From the human T2T-CHM13v2.0 reference genome, Homo sapiens: 64,000 nucleotides of DNA. A program made the translations under genes and the position numbers. Positions 1 to 12,084 of the stretch are shown one piece after another (the stretch's first letter is position 1; every line of letters starts with the position of its first letter). The stretch is from NCBI RefSeq assembly GCF_009914755.1, contig NC_060932.1; one strand, given 5' to 3'. Below the pieces are notes generated by a model. It worked only from the letters and a program-made list of their open reading frames with translations. It ran no database searches and was not told where the DNA came from.

Positions 1-2139
1 AGAGACTAGAATTCAGAGAAATGCAAGGTACGAACTTCTCTCTAATCCAAGGGTATTCTGCTGTGATCTTCTAATCAGTGATGATTGTGCTTATGCACAC
101 GACATCTTCATGGGAGAGACCAGGCTGATTGCAAAATAATGACAACCAACCAGTTTACCTCAACATAGCTCACTCTGCAATGTCAGACATGCAGTGTAGA
201 GCAGTCACAAAGTCAAGCCATGAATACAGGGATGGAAAAACATTCCAGTGAGCTGGTCTCTACAATTTTTAAGACACTTCATCCTCCCAATTATATTCTT
301 TGTCATAAAGAGGAAAAACAGCAAGATTATTAAATCCAAAAAGTCACAGATGTCACAAGGGGATGAAATAATTTCCTCATTTTTTTTCTTTATCAGTGTA
401 GGAAAAGCTGTCTTTCCATAGCCCACACTCATAATAGCACTTCAACTAGGCTCCTTTGAAAATGAAAAGTGAACAAGTTTCCTAATGCTGGCCTTATAAG
501 ATCTAAAGAGATGATTAAATTCAAACCAGGCTGAGCTCTTACTCTGAGCTATTTCAGCCACTGATGTTTGTAAAATATAGGAAGAAGATTCCAATAGGCA
601 ATTTGCATTGGCAAGCACTGGACTACAGAATTCATCACTGTTTTCTGAAAAAATATAATTAAACCTTAATGGAATTATGACACTTTTATGAGGTTTATAA
701 TTCACAGCCACCTCTCATCATATTTTGTTCTTCTTTCCATTTTTACCATTTCAAATATTGCAATATTGCCCACCATAAACCACTGAAAATGATTATTTAT
801 GTATATTCCATTTATTTCTCTAGGGGGTCTAGGTAATTTGAATCAGGAGCTCCAAGTACCATTTAAAAAGGTGAGTCTTTAAAAACCATCAGTGTTTTAA
901 ACACTTGATTAGAAAAAAGATAACAGCTCCTTGTAGTGATCTAGCTTATGTGCTTTATGGTATCTTTTCAAAAGGAGAGTATAAATCATTGTACATAAAA
1001 TCAAAATAGCTAATATACATTTTTTTCTGGCACTTTTGAGAAATTAGGCATTGAACATAAAACATCTTATAAACTTACATAACAAAAATAAATGTTTACA
1101 TTTTAATCTTAGATTACCTTAGGGTAGCAGTTAACTTATGAGATGCCACACTGTTGGTGTGGGCAGCGGAGACCATGGGAAATACACATTCATGTCCACA
1201 GCCCTTCAGCGATGGATGCATGGCTGCCGTCCAAATATGTGGTCTGTGTCCCAACATAAAGATTAAGGCTCTCTGTTTTGAAGGAATGAGTTCTGGGCTT
1301 AAACAAGTCTAGAAGTACCACAATACTCATGGAAAATACTGAAAAGATTCGGACGAGTTTTCAAACACTGGGGGAAACACGTTTTTGACTAGAAAAATAA
1401 AATAAAGCATCTAAAACTGACTTCAAGTACTTTGGGGAGAGGCTGCTGATATCGAATGCCAAAATAAGAAGGAACAAAGACAGAAGAGACTCCAGGGACG
1501 TCCCTCCCCATCCCTTCACCCGCAGGGTCCAGATCCCCAGGTGCTGATGCGCAACTCTTTGGGGAGGACTGGCGAGCTGGGCAGAAAGCAGCAGCCATGG
1601 TTTGTCACCATCCTAAAACACCTATATTGAGGGCAAAGGCCAAGCTTTGTGTGAAAATTTCCTTGGGATGAACCACAGGAATCTGGACATTTCAAGGGGG
1701 AAAAAGCCTTAAAGTCAGTAGCAGACAGAGAAAAGGAAAGAGAGGAAGAAAAACCTGCTTTTCTGAATGGCAGTACTTTAGGCCGGGGGCATTGTGGTCC
1801 TTGGTGAGTGCAGCTTTTCCATACAGCTTGGCTTTCCTCACTAATGAGATGAGACCACTGACAGCTGGGATCTTTTGTGGGTGGTGAGGGTGCAGCAGGG
1901 AGATGTGCTTGGGTGTACCTGTCCATCTGGCAGGCAGGGGCACACTCAGGTGCAGCCTAGTCCGTACCTCTCTGTCTCAGAAACTGAACAACTGGGAGAA
2001 CAGTCGACAGGGCCTCTCCAACCATCTTCAGGTGACTAAAGCAGCATATGAAGTATAGGTTTGTGTCACTTCTTCTCTTCCACAGAAGAAACGTCTCCAG
2101 ACACTGATCACAGGCTACCCAGGGTTGTCTTCTGGGTTG
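1..2139 (-). other. PAG1: PAG1 3'UTR (proximal part; continues beyond window start)
   Basis: Lies directly downstream of the TAG stop (2142-2140) in the last coding exon. No obvious interspersed repeats. PAG1 is known to have a long 3'UTR. Confidence 0.85.
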
Positions 2140-2502
2140 CTAGAGCCTGGTAATATCTCTGCCTTGCTGCAAGTCACTTATGCTCTCGTAGTCGTTCTCC
2201 TTTGGGACGAGACCGTGGTGGCCATTGGTCCCCAGGGTGGCCTTTTCTTCCTCTCTGTTGAGAGTCTGTATCGCTTCATAATCAGGCTCTGGCTCCTCGC
2301 TGGGCCTCCCTGCTGGTGGAAGTGTGCTGTTTGGAGTTTTTTCGAAGTCTTTAACAGTAGCATAGAGATCATTACAGGAGGAGGGTGACCTCTGTGGGTC
2401 CCCTTGAATGGAGGTGTAGGTGGACTCCGGAACTGTAAGCGACTGCCCCGATTTATTCACTAACTGTCCAGGTTTATTTACTGATGAGTACATAGCTGAG
2501 AT
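2140..2502 (-). CDS. PAG1: PAG1 last coding exon (aa 313-432: ISAMYSSV...DITRL*), contains Csk-binding Y317 and C-terminal PDZ-binding motif ITRL
   Basis: Acceptor tctcctag|ATC at 2502; ORF 2140..2493 matches the PAG1 C-terminus; TAG stop. Confidence 0.97.
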   Translation of the reverse strand: MSAMYSSVNKPGQLVNKSGQSLTVPESTYTSIQGDPQRSPSSCNDLYATVKDFEKTPNSTLPPAGRPSEEPEPDYEAIQTLNREEEKATLGTNGHHGLVPKENDYESISDLQQGRDITRL

Positions 2503-2903
2503 CTAGGAGACAAAGGGAGAGTTGAATAAACTTCCAGCTGTGACTTCCCCCTCCCTCTTTTTAGTGACAAGCTACATACTGAGCACTCCTGGGTTTCTGT
2601 GTGTGTACTCCTTAAAGATTTGTTCTTTCTTATCTGTACTAATTATGGAGCACATTACTAGAGAATAATTACACACACTATCTTCAACTATGTTAACTAG
2701 ATCAGTCATATTCCCTTAATTCCGTGAAAACCCAGTTCTCTTGGGTCTGCCGAGGAATTTGAGGAGAGGTGGAGTGGGAAGCTCCTGAAGGCCCCGGGGA
2801 CCTGACCACAGCATGTGTTTTATTTCATTTCTTTATCAGAATGATATTTTGCCTGAAAAGGGGCTCCACTGCTTTACAAAAAAGGACAGAAAACACATAG
2901 TAG

Positions 2904-3078
2904 ACCGGTGATTCTCAAAGTGTGGGCTGTAAACCAGCAGCAACAGGATCTGGGAATTTGTCAGAAAGGCAAGTTCTCAGGCCTCATCCCAGAACCACCA
3001 AATCAGAACCTCGGGGCTGGGGCCCAGCAACCGGTGCTGATTCTGATGGCCAGTAAAGTATAAGAACTCTGAATTAGA
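2904..3078. mobile_element. MER5A-like hAT-Charlie DNA transposon fossil
   Basis: gtgattctcaaagtgtgg...ccagcagc...gggaatttgtcagaaa...ctgattctgatg resembles the MER5A consensus. Confidence 0.7.
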
Positions 3079-4959
3079 CTACTCCATGCTTCCTGCATCA
3101 CAGTGGTCTCCAACACCCGTTGCTGGATTCTCGTTGGTGGTACACATATATCTGAAAGGGTATTCCTGTCCATTATTTCTTGACTTAGTTGCGTATTACT
3201 GGTTAAACAGACATTGACAGTCCAGGTCTAGTTTTCTTCAGTGGGAAAACTCATTCTCGCTTGCAACCAGCCAAGTCAGAAATGACAACTTACAGGATAC
3301 TATTAAGAGCCAGTGGCTTTCCAAGCACACCCCCACAGTCTCACTAATAAATCCTGTATCACCTCCGATATCAACAGGGATTTCATTCATTGTGAAGATT
3401 AAATATACTAATTAGGAGACTTTTGGGGAGTATTATTTTATTGTGAAAAATCACGGTTGGAAATAAGTAAAAATACCCTTCATTACCTGTGTTTATTTTT
3501 ATCACAGTGATTTGATTCATTCAAATACCCAGGAAATACATGAACATGCTTCCTCACAGATGCCTGGCTTCCCAAGGGCTGAGGGACATTTTCCTGCTTC
3601 CACTTTTCTCACATACTGCAGGTGAAGTTTCCAGCTTCTTAAGACAGGCCTGTCTTAAGACAGGCCTTCTTATGTCTCAAAAGCTTCTTAAGACAGGCCT
3701 GCCACATGCTAACTGGTCATTTGCATGAGAACTTTTCATTACAGGCTGGTGGCTGGCTCAGTTTGGTGAGGCCTTGACAATCCAAGGGTTTACAGTTCAG
3801 AAAAACAGTCTTTGGAAAACTCTTACTATGTTGATCTGACTATCCTAATGAATATGAAATGATTAACATTCTCACCTTAGAGGTTTTAATGAAAAAACTG
3901 CTCTCAGAATACAAGAATTATAATTTCTTTGAATTTAATAAAAAAAATTCACTGCTGTTTATAAGGAAGTGCAAACACAGAATGTATTATCTAAATGGTG
4001 GTCCAAGCCAAAAATTATATGTGGACAGATTATAAAAAGGTAAACAATGGATGACAATGGTGAGGGGAGACGGCATACCAGCGTATTCATCACCTGGTAA
4101 CATCAAGGAGGACAAATGTACCTTGACCTAGATTGTAACAATGAGAGTCAGCCCCTCACCACCGTTAGCTTCTCTCCTCAGCTTTCTTCCCCCTGGTCTT
4201 TGTAATTAATGCCCCTCACTCTTTGTAAGAGTACTTGGTCTTCTTGGCCTTTGTCCTCATTCATTAACTTGCAATTTAATATTGACTCTGGGAATGAACC
4301 TAGTGTGCAGAGGGTCTCACTGTACATTTCAACTTTTATAAAAGCTTCTTGAGTCTTCTCATATTCCTTTTGACTGTTTTCTATGACCATTATGACTATT
4401 ATTTTTATTTTGTATACAGGTTTCTCTTCCAGCCCCCTTGCTATTTAGCTTCTCAATTTTTCTCTTTAAAACTTTCATCATTATTCCTCAGTCTGTAAAT
4501 TGTTGCTATATTCCCATAAGTTACTCTCTTCCTTTTCCCCATTTCTCTTCTTTTTCTAATCAATCCTTTCCATAACATTCTGTTAAATTGGGGTAATAGA
4601 ACTTAAAGCTCAGATCTCAGCTTCAGTCTGGACTGTTTAACATTAAATTACATAAATACAAAAAAAACTTTCATATTTATTTTTCCTCTTTGTCCTAAAA
4701 TGAATGTCTGTGAGTCATAGTTCTGTCATGTTAAAAATTCATCAGTATAACTAGGTCCTGTTTCAAAAAATACAAACAAATGTAAGATAAGGAGCAATTT
4801 AAAATTTTACATAGTCTTTAATTCCCAGAACTCCTATATATTTTACCTTCTTGTCCCAGATGGGATCACTTTGGCTGCAGAGTAGAAAACAGAGTGGAGG
4901 GAGGCCAAGGAGCTGCCAGGGATCAGCAGGAGGGGACTGCTCTGGCCTAGGGAGGGGCG

Positions 4960-5210
4960 GCCGCAGTGGGCTTGAGGGAGGTGGGTACACAAAGAAAACA
5001 GTTTGGAGGTGCAACTGATGGGTCTTGGCAATTGACTGTGTTGGAGGACAGTGAGGAAAAGGAAGTATCGAGATGACCCCTAGGTTTTGGTCTGTGCAAC
5101 CAGATAGACAGATGGCAGGTCCATTCTGGAGGTAGAAACATGGACGAGGGTGGGCAATATCACCTAGGGAAAGCATTTTTGCTCTTTGAACATTCAACGT
5201 GGGTGTCTAT
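4960..5210 (-). mobile_element. L2 LINE fragment
   Basis: gatgacccctaggttttggtctgtgcaac...tttgaacatt is typical of reverse-strand L2. Confidence 0.55.
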
Positions 5211-6030
5211 GTCCATATTCTAATGCTTTACTCAGAGTCCTATAGGAAGTGATGTACCTGCATATGTACTTTGCTCTTGTACATGTACACAATTTACTCT
5301 GCTAGGAATTCCAGATAGAAGCTATATACAGCTAGATCAATTAAGGTGTTTAGCTCTCTGAGCATAGCTCAACATTTATATATATACATATGAAATATGT
5401 ATATATACACATATTTCATATTATATGTATAATACTGGCTTTAACAATTTTAATGCTTCATTGAAAATCTAACTCGTGAATTTTGCACCCTGGTGCTTGG
5501 GAATATGCGATCTGCTCTTGTTGGCTGCTATGTCTGACCCTAGCTCCTGCCTGGAACTGTACTTACTGAAGTTAATCTGCTCTCAGCATCCAAATTTCCC
5601 CACGGAGACTTCCTCTTTCTGTCTCCCAGGCTGGAGCAAATTCCCTACACTCACCTGTTCTAATTTCCTGAATTTTCCAACCCATGATTCATTTCCTTCT
5701 GATGTGGTCTTCCTGACTGCTGACTGCTCCCACGCTGGAATTTTTCTCTTCTCACTCTTCTCCCCTGCCCTCTCTATTTTTCCTGACCCTGCTTTCCTGC
5801 TCAGTTTCTTTTCCTGAGCTGACTACTTGTCCTGCCATCCTTCTTGTCTGGCCTGCCCGTCAGTCTCTCCAAGCCATTATAAAACCAGCATCCCAAGTCT
5901 TCATCTCCAAACATAGGCATAGGAGAATATTTCAGCTCTTTCAAAGGGTAACATTACAGTGCATTTATTCAAGGGGGGAAGGTCTATTCTTTACTACAGT
6001 TTTCCCTTTTTAAAAAGAAACAAAACTTAC

Positions 6031-6090
6031 CTCTTCTTCTGTGAGAGTGGGGTCTTCTTCCCGAGACTTGTATGACAATGAGCTAAATCT
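6031..6090 (-). CDS. PAG1: PAG1 coding exon, 60 nt (aa 293-312, RFSSLSYKSREEDPTLTEEE)
   Basis: ctgacag|AGA acceptor and GAG|gtaagt donor; phase 0 on both sides; joins the neighbouring exons in frame. Confidence 0.96.
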
Positions 6091-6559
6091 CTGTCAGAAC
6101 AAACACAAGCCAAGGAAAGTAATTCAGCGTTAACAATCTAACCTTTCTTTTGCACATGTTTCCTCATAATCTGTCTAGCAACGTTTTCAAATGATTTTTA
6201 TGGAACCACGAAGAAATTATGGGAAGAGAAACACTTATGCAATCTATTACCACATGTATGATGTTCGGGGATATCTAGTAGTATTATCCTTAGAGAAATT
6301 TCCTCTAATTTTGTATTTGCATCTGTAGGTACAAAGAAGCCAAAATAATTATTTAGACTACTGTTTCAATTCCTAATTGTCACTGAAGGATTGATCATCC
6401 ATGGAGGATTAATATTTAAAAACATGGTGTTTCTTTATCAAATGCCTGAATTTTATACTTCTACAGTTTGCTGGCGTCATCAGAAAGATCCTTAAGTCAT
6501 TTGGAAACTTCAAAGCTAATGGAGAAACTGACTCACATTTTGTGTCTTGCCCCCTGCCT

Positions 6560-9119
6560 GATTTCTGAAGGATTTTGGCTCTTGGTTTACTGATTCTCTA
6601 ACACATCCCTTGTCTTAATTTTTGGTGACCTCAACAAACGTGTACCCTTCTAAATCCCGCCCTTCAGTTCCTTGACTTTCCCTTCCCCCACTGATTTTAT
6701 GCTCTATCTGTGTCCCCTCTCCATGTCCACCCCCGGCCTCAGCACCCTCATGGCTGCACCCCAGGCCTTTCTAAACCACAGCCTCTCCACCAGCCCAAGT
6801 CCTTGCAACCCCTTTCAGACCAGCGCTCGTTGTCAAAGCTCACTCCTTCTGTAACCCAGTTCCAATGCTCCTTCAACACCATTGGGACCCATTCATGCTT
6901 TCAAAGTCTGCCCTTCTCCTTGGTGTCCTGTACTGCTTTACTAAGCTTAAGCTCCATAGTCAACTGCCAATCATACGTGAACTCAACCCTCTAGTGAGCC
7001 CTTAAAGCCGCTCCGTATCATCCGATGCTTCCCCAGTATACTCAGTCTCTGCTCAACTCACAGTCTACTTTGCATCTTCTCCTCTTCTCCCCAGACTTCC
7101 AACACCTCCTCACCTATCTTCACTCTGAGCAGATGATCTTGCTTCCTAGTTGGCTAAGAAAACTGAAGGAATCAGAAGAAATTTGTATCAACTCTTAGCC
7201 CCACCCTCAGCCTCTGCGTTAATCTATTTTCTTTCCTCCCTGTCAAATGGATTTTCCATGTTCCTCCTTCAGGTGATCCCCTCCTTCCTACACACTAGAC
7301 CCTGTCTCCACATACCTATGTGTGAATACTGAGCCAGGAATTCTCCCAGTGTGGGATCATTCCCAGCCACATGCAAACATGCTGTTGTTTCTCTCATTCT
7401 AAAACCAAAACAAACCTAGTCCTACTCCGAAATTCTACCTACTCATTATCTCACTTCCTTTTTTTTTTTTTTTTTTTTTTTGACAGCGTCTCACTCTGCC
7501 ATTCAGGCTGGGATGCAGTGGCGTGATCTTGGCTCACTGCAGCCTTGACCTCCCAGGCTCAAGCCATTGTCCCACCTCAGCCTCCCAAGTAGCTGGGACT
7601 ACAGGTGCATACCACCATGCCCAGTTAATTTTTGTATTTTTTGTAGAGACGGGGTGCTGCTACATTGCCCAGGCTGGTTTCAAACACCTGGTTTCAAGTG
7701 ATCCACCCACCTCGGCCTCCCAAAGTGTTACGATTACAGGCATGAGTCACTGCGCCCAGCCTGTCTCACTTCTTTATAGCAAAATCTTTTAAAGAGTGGT
7801 CTAAAAAGTCAACCGAACAATTTTTCTCTTCCTATTCTCTTTCTAATCCATTTCAGTCATGTTTCTGCCTCTACCATTCCACAGAGACTGCTCTTGTCAA
7901 GGGCACCAATGAGACTCGCCTTCCCTGACCTACCCGCTGCATTTGGCAGAGCGGCCCGCCACTCCTTCCTTCCTGGACACGTTCTTCACTGCCTTCCAGG
8001 ACTCCACAACTTTCCTGTTTTTGTTTCCTACTTTGGTCTCTTCTGCTGGTTCCTTTTCCAGATCTCTATTCTTGGAGCTCTTCCAGGCTCTATTTACACT
8101 CACCTATCCTGTGACCTCACCCAATCTCATGACTTTTAAAACCACATTCTGTGGATGACTCCCACATCAGCAAATCCAGCCCTGGCCTTTCCTCTTTACC
8201 CGGCTCATCAATCCAGCTACCATCTGATAAGCTCTACTTGGAAGTCCAATCGGTATCTCAAGTTGAACGTACCCAACACTGACTGCTGGTTCTCCCCCCA
8301 AAACCTGCTCTGCCTGTATCCTCTTCATTTCAGTTAATGGCAATTCAATCTTTCCCACATGTTGGGCCCAGCCTCGTACTCATCACTGCCTCTTCTTTAT
8401 CTCACTAAGCGTAGGATCCATCCGCAAATCTCTTGGCTCTGGCTTAGCTTTTCTCATCACCTCTGCTGCCTCTTCCCTGATCCAGGCCACCGCCATTTCT
8501 AATCTGGTTTATTAGAGTCACTACCCAATTGTTCTCCTCACTTCTACCCTTTATTTCAAAACTGGAGTCAGAGGGATCCTTTGAAAACATAGGCTAGGTT
8601 GTGCCATTCTGCTGCTCGGGACTCTAGTGACATTATTAGTGTTCAGACTATAAGCCAAGGCCATCCAGGATCGAGCTCTGGTTCTCTTTCTCCTCACTGC
8701 TGTCCTTGCTCTTCCCTCTCCACCCACAGCAGTCCCCTCCTCTTCCCTTAAAAAGCCAGTTGCAAGCTCTAGCTTCAGGGGCCTCACACTGGGCATCCCC
8801 TCTGCTTCACGTGCTCTTTCCACAAAAGCACAAACCTCACCCCCTTGGATCCTTTAACTCAAACGTCACCTTCATAGCTGGGCAGACCCTGACCACTCTA
8901 TCCAAAACTGTACTCCCCACCTGTTTTCTCAGTTCCCCTTATTCGGTTCTATTTTTTTCTCTTATAAACTTTAAACTTTATGTCTGTCTCTTCCCACTAA
9001 GATGTAAGTTCCACAGGGCAGGGATTTTGTTCATGTACATGTTTTGTTTCCAGGACTAGAAGACTGTGTGGCACACAGCAGGTGCTTATTAAGATCTTTT
9101 GTTAAATAAATGAATGAAT
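6560..9119 (+). mobile_element. Long L2 (L2a-like) LINE remnant interrupted by an Alu
   Basis: C/T-rich L2 ORF2-like sequence (ggtgacctcaac, gtcaagggcaccaatga, atctcaagttgaac) ending in ggcacacagcaggtgctta...aaatgaatgaat, the L2 3' end. Confidence 0.75.
7459..7761 (-). mobile_element. Alu (AluJ-like)
   Basis: Poly-T followed by reverse Alu; TSD tctcacttc. Confidence 0.93.
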
Positions 9120-10371
9120 ATTAAATACTTCAAACCCTCAACTCACTTAAAATTAGGGTTGTTTATATAAAGATGATGGATTACTCATTTTTACTATATT
9201 GTGGAAGGATAATTTTATTTCCAGATGAGTATTTCCAGTTTTTAACGTGAAATCTGGAGAACTGTTTACTAGCAATGGTTAGACAACTCAACGTCTTATC
9301 TTTCTAATGCTTGTAAGTAAAAAGCTTTGTCTGGTTTAGGCAGCATGAACTTTACATCAGGTTTATGGTCTTTGGTTCTATGAAGGGCAAAAAATTGGAC
9401 TGCATTTTTATATTTTATGAACATGTTCATAAACCCTTTTATTGGTGCTCTCAACAGCTGATTTCATGGATAATATGAAAAGTTGAAATGCATTCAGAGA
9501 ACAGCACAAAGAATGATTTTCTTGGTCTAATTTATACAAACAGAGTGAGGGTTCACCTCTGGCCATGAACTACGGAAGGTTTTTAAGGCTACTAGTGACT
9601 GGCTAACCTGCTACTTGTCCTTCCTACTAAAACTGAATAGAAGAGAGAACCTTCCTCTTTTTCTGTGTAGAAAACAGAAATTAATTATTAGTTGCCTGAA
9701 GTAGATGGGCCTAGTTAAATCCCAAAGAGATTTTAACAACCAGGGATGTGAACTTCATCGTGGCTCAGATATCAAGTTATCAGACACATGCAGAAGGTGT
9801 GGATTGCTAATGCATTTTACAGCTTTGTTGAATATCTAAATTTAGGAAGTATAGGCTATAGTTTAGAAAGGGTCACAAAATAAGATCTCCTACTGATTTA
9901 TATGAAGGTTTGTACAATCAGATATAACCAGGGGCACCTGTGAGTTGGTTCCCATGGTACCTGTTGCTATGCATGCTGATTTTTGGGGATCCTGGAAGGG
10001 GAAAGGTCACCATGCTGCTGAGGCAGCCAACAAGCAGAATGGGTAAAATGTGTGGGCAAAGTGTCCAGTTTCTGTATTTAATTTGTGGACATCAAAATGA
10101 AGCAAACAAGATTTGGCCCTAATTAGACATGATGGAAAAAATGTGAAAATATCCAAGTAAGGTGCTGAGAGAAATATTTGATAAATACAAGTTTTTGGTA
10201 TTTTATTACTTGGAGGGGGAAAAAGCCAAACACAGCTTACATGAAAACAGCTCTCATCATTCAACAAACTGGAAAGTGTTTGCAGATATTTCCCAGAACA
10301 ACTCCAGGGCCAGCTAGATTCCTAACCAGAACAGGAACCCACAAAGACAAAACAAAAACGCCAGTGCCCAC

Positions 10372-10973
10372 CTTGTTAGTTTCACTGGTCGTGTCTGTGG
10401 CACTCTCTTCCGCCTCTCCCCCTTCCTTCTCCTGAAGGTTTTCATTCTCGTCCAGAAGCTTAACAGGGACAGGTGGTGGGGCCTCCTCTTCTGGATCACA
10501 TGAATTTCCAAGGATACTCTCTACATTAACACTTTGACGACATTTTTTGTTTCTGTCCACCGAGGCATATTCAGCAAACTCAGCTTTGCCTTCAGTCTGG
10601 GGCCCTGGGAGCTCTTTCGAGGCAGAAGTAGATTTTGCCTTGCCACTGTGGCCTTTCTCCAGGTGTGCAGCTGCAGCCACCTCCTTGATCTCTTTCACAG
10701 TTTCATACAAGCAGTCCTCCACCATGTTTTCTTGGGAGGAGCTGTCCTTGAGCACTTCATAGGGCCCTTCCATCCCCAGCCCCTGGTCCCCGTCCACACT
10801 TCTCGCCGTGAGCATGGTATCCACTGCGCTCTCGGGAGGGATTCTGGGCAGCTCCCGACTCTGATGACATTTTGGTTTCCCTGTGCTGTCCTGGGAATCC
10901 AGCAGATCCGAGGCCGATGTCTGGACTTCCTCGTAATGCTGCATGCAGGTCAGAGTACTGTCCTCTGAAAGAA
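10372..10973 (-). CDS. PAG1: PAG1 large coding exon, 602 nt (ILSEDSTL...TSETNK), with multiple YxxV/L motifs and proline-rich segments
   Basis: gctttag|TT acceptor and AAG|gtgggc donor; lies within ORF 10261..11019; YEEV, YEVL, YETV and YASV motifs. Confidence 0.97.
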
Positions 10974-12084
10974 CTAAAGCAGCACACACATTAAAAGCGG
11001 AGAAAGGCAAGTCTTTCAATAATTATTACCGAGAATCAGGTAATATAAAGTTAGGTTAAATCAAGATGCGTGCTTTTTATTTAAGTCTCAGGCACAAATT
11101 ATAGTTGTTATGACCATCAGTTGGTATCCTACTTCAATCACAGTTTAAAATAAAGCTGTTCATTATATCTTTCCCAATACAAGATTTAATAAGTTATCTT
11201 GGCTCTAAGTGTAGTTCACAATTACTTTCCTTAATGTCACTCCAATGAGAGACTCTTGTAGGCAGATTGTCCAATGTGACCAGAAGATGACCAGTTTGAT
11301 GCCGCTGAACTATGGGAGGCTGGACACCAGAAAGGCAGCATGTGCAGTGACCACAGTCCCCAGCACCACTGACCCCTGCCTGTGTGGAGGGAATTATTGG
11401 TAGCCACCCCCTTTCACACAGGTGACTTTTGTTTGGCAGACATAATAGAAACTACAGGGCAAACATGCACCCGTCAGCCATTAGCACAAAGGGACTGGCA
11501 CCTCATACCTTGCTTCCATCTCATCCCGCCACCAACATTCCTACCTCAAATTAGAAAAAAACCAAATGTGAAATTCTTGGCCAGCCACAGATATGCTATT
11601 GTGTGAAGCTGTTCAGTCGTCCCTTTGTCAACCGTGTTGTGAGTGCCTGCCATGCACCAGGGATGGTGCAGGGTGCTGCAGACACATCATTCAATGAAAC
11701 AGAAAGCCCTGCCCTTAGGATGCAGACACAAAGTAAGCAAGTTATTCCATTAGTGTCTCACTCTGGGGGAATTAGAAATAGTGTTTCCAAGGGGTATGTG
11801 AAAAAATGACAACGGATCCCCCAATCCTTCTGAACTTACCAACACCCCTGTGTGTTCTAAATCCCTGATCATCACGGAGGGGGTGAACTTTTGCTCTCTG
11901 GTTCTAGTTGTCTACATCATGGTAGACAGAGAACAGGCACTGGTGTCCTGATTACCCCACAGTTTCCTCATCAGTAAACAGGGGTAACAGGACGCCCTCT
12001 TACCTCAGGTAAAAGCATGGTGTAAACTCTAAAGCATGAAGGAAACCTAGCTGCTCCTTCCATCAGCAAGAGTACACAATGCAT

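Noticed and set aside
1-2139. miRNA seed matches in the 3'UTR (e.g. TGCAATA, CAGTATT)
   Set aside because: Single 7-mers are expected by chance; they cannot be assessed without conservation data.
10534-10968. 144-aa ORF antisense to the large PAG1 exon
   Set aside because: Shadow ORF opposite real coding sequence; no independent support.
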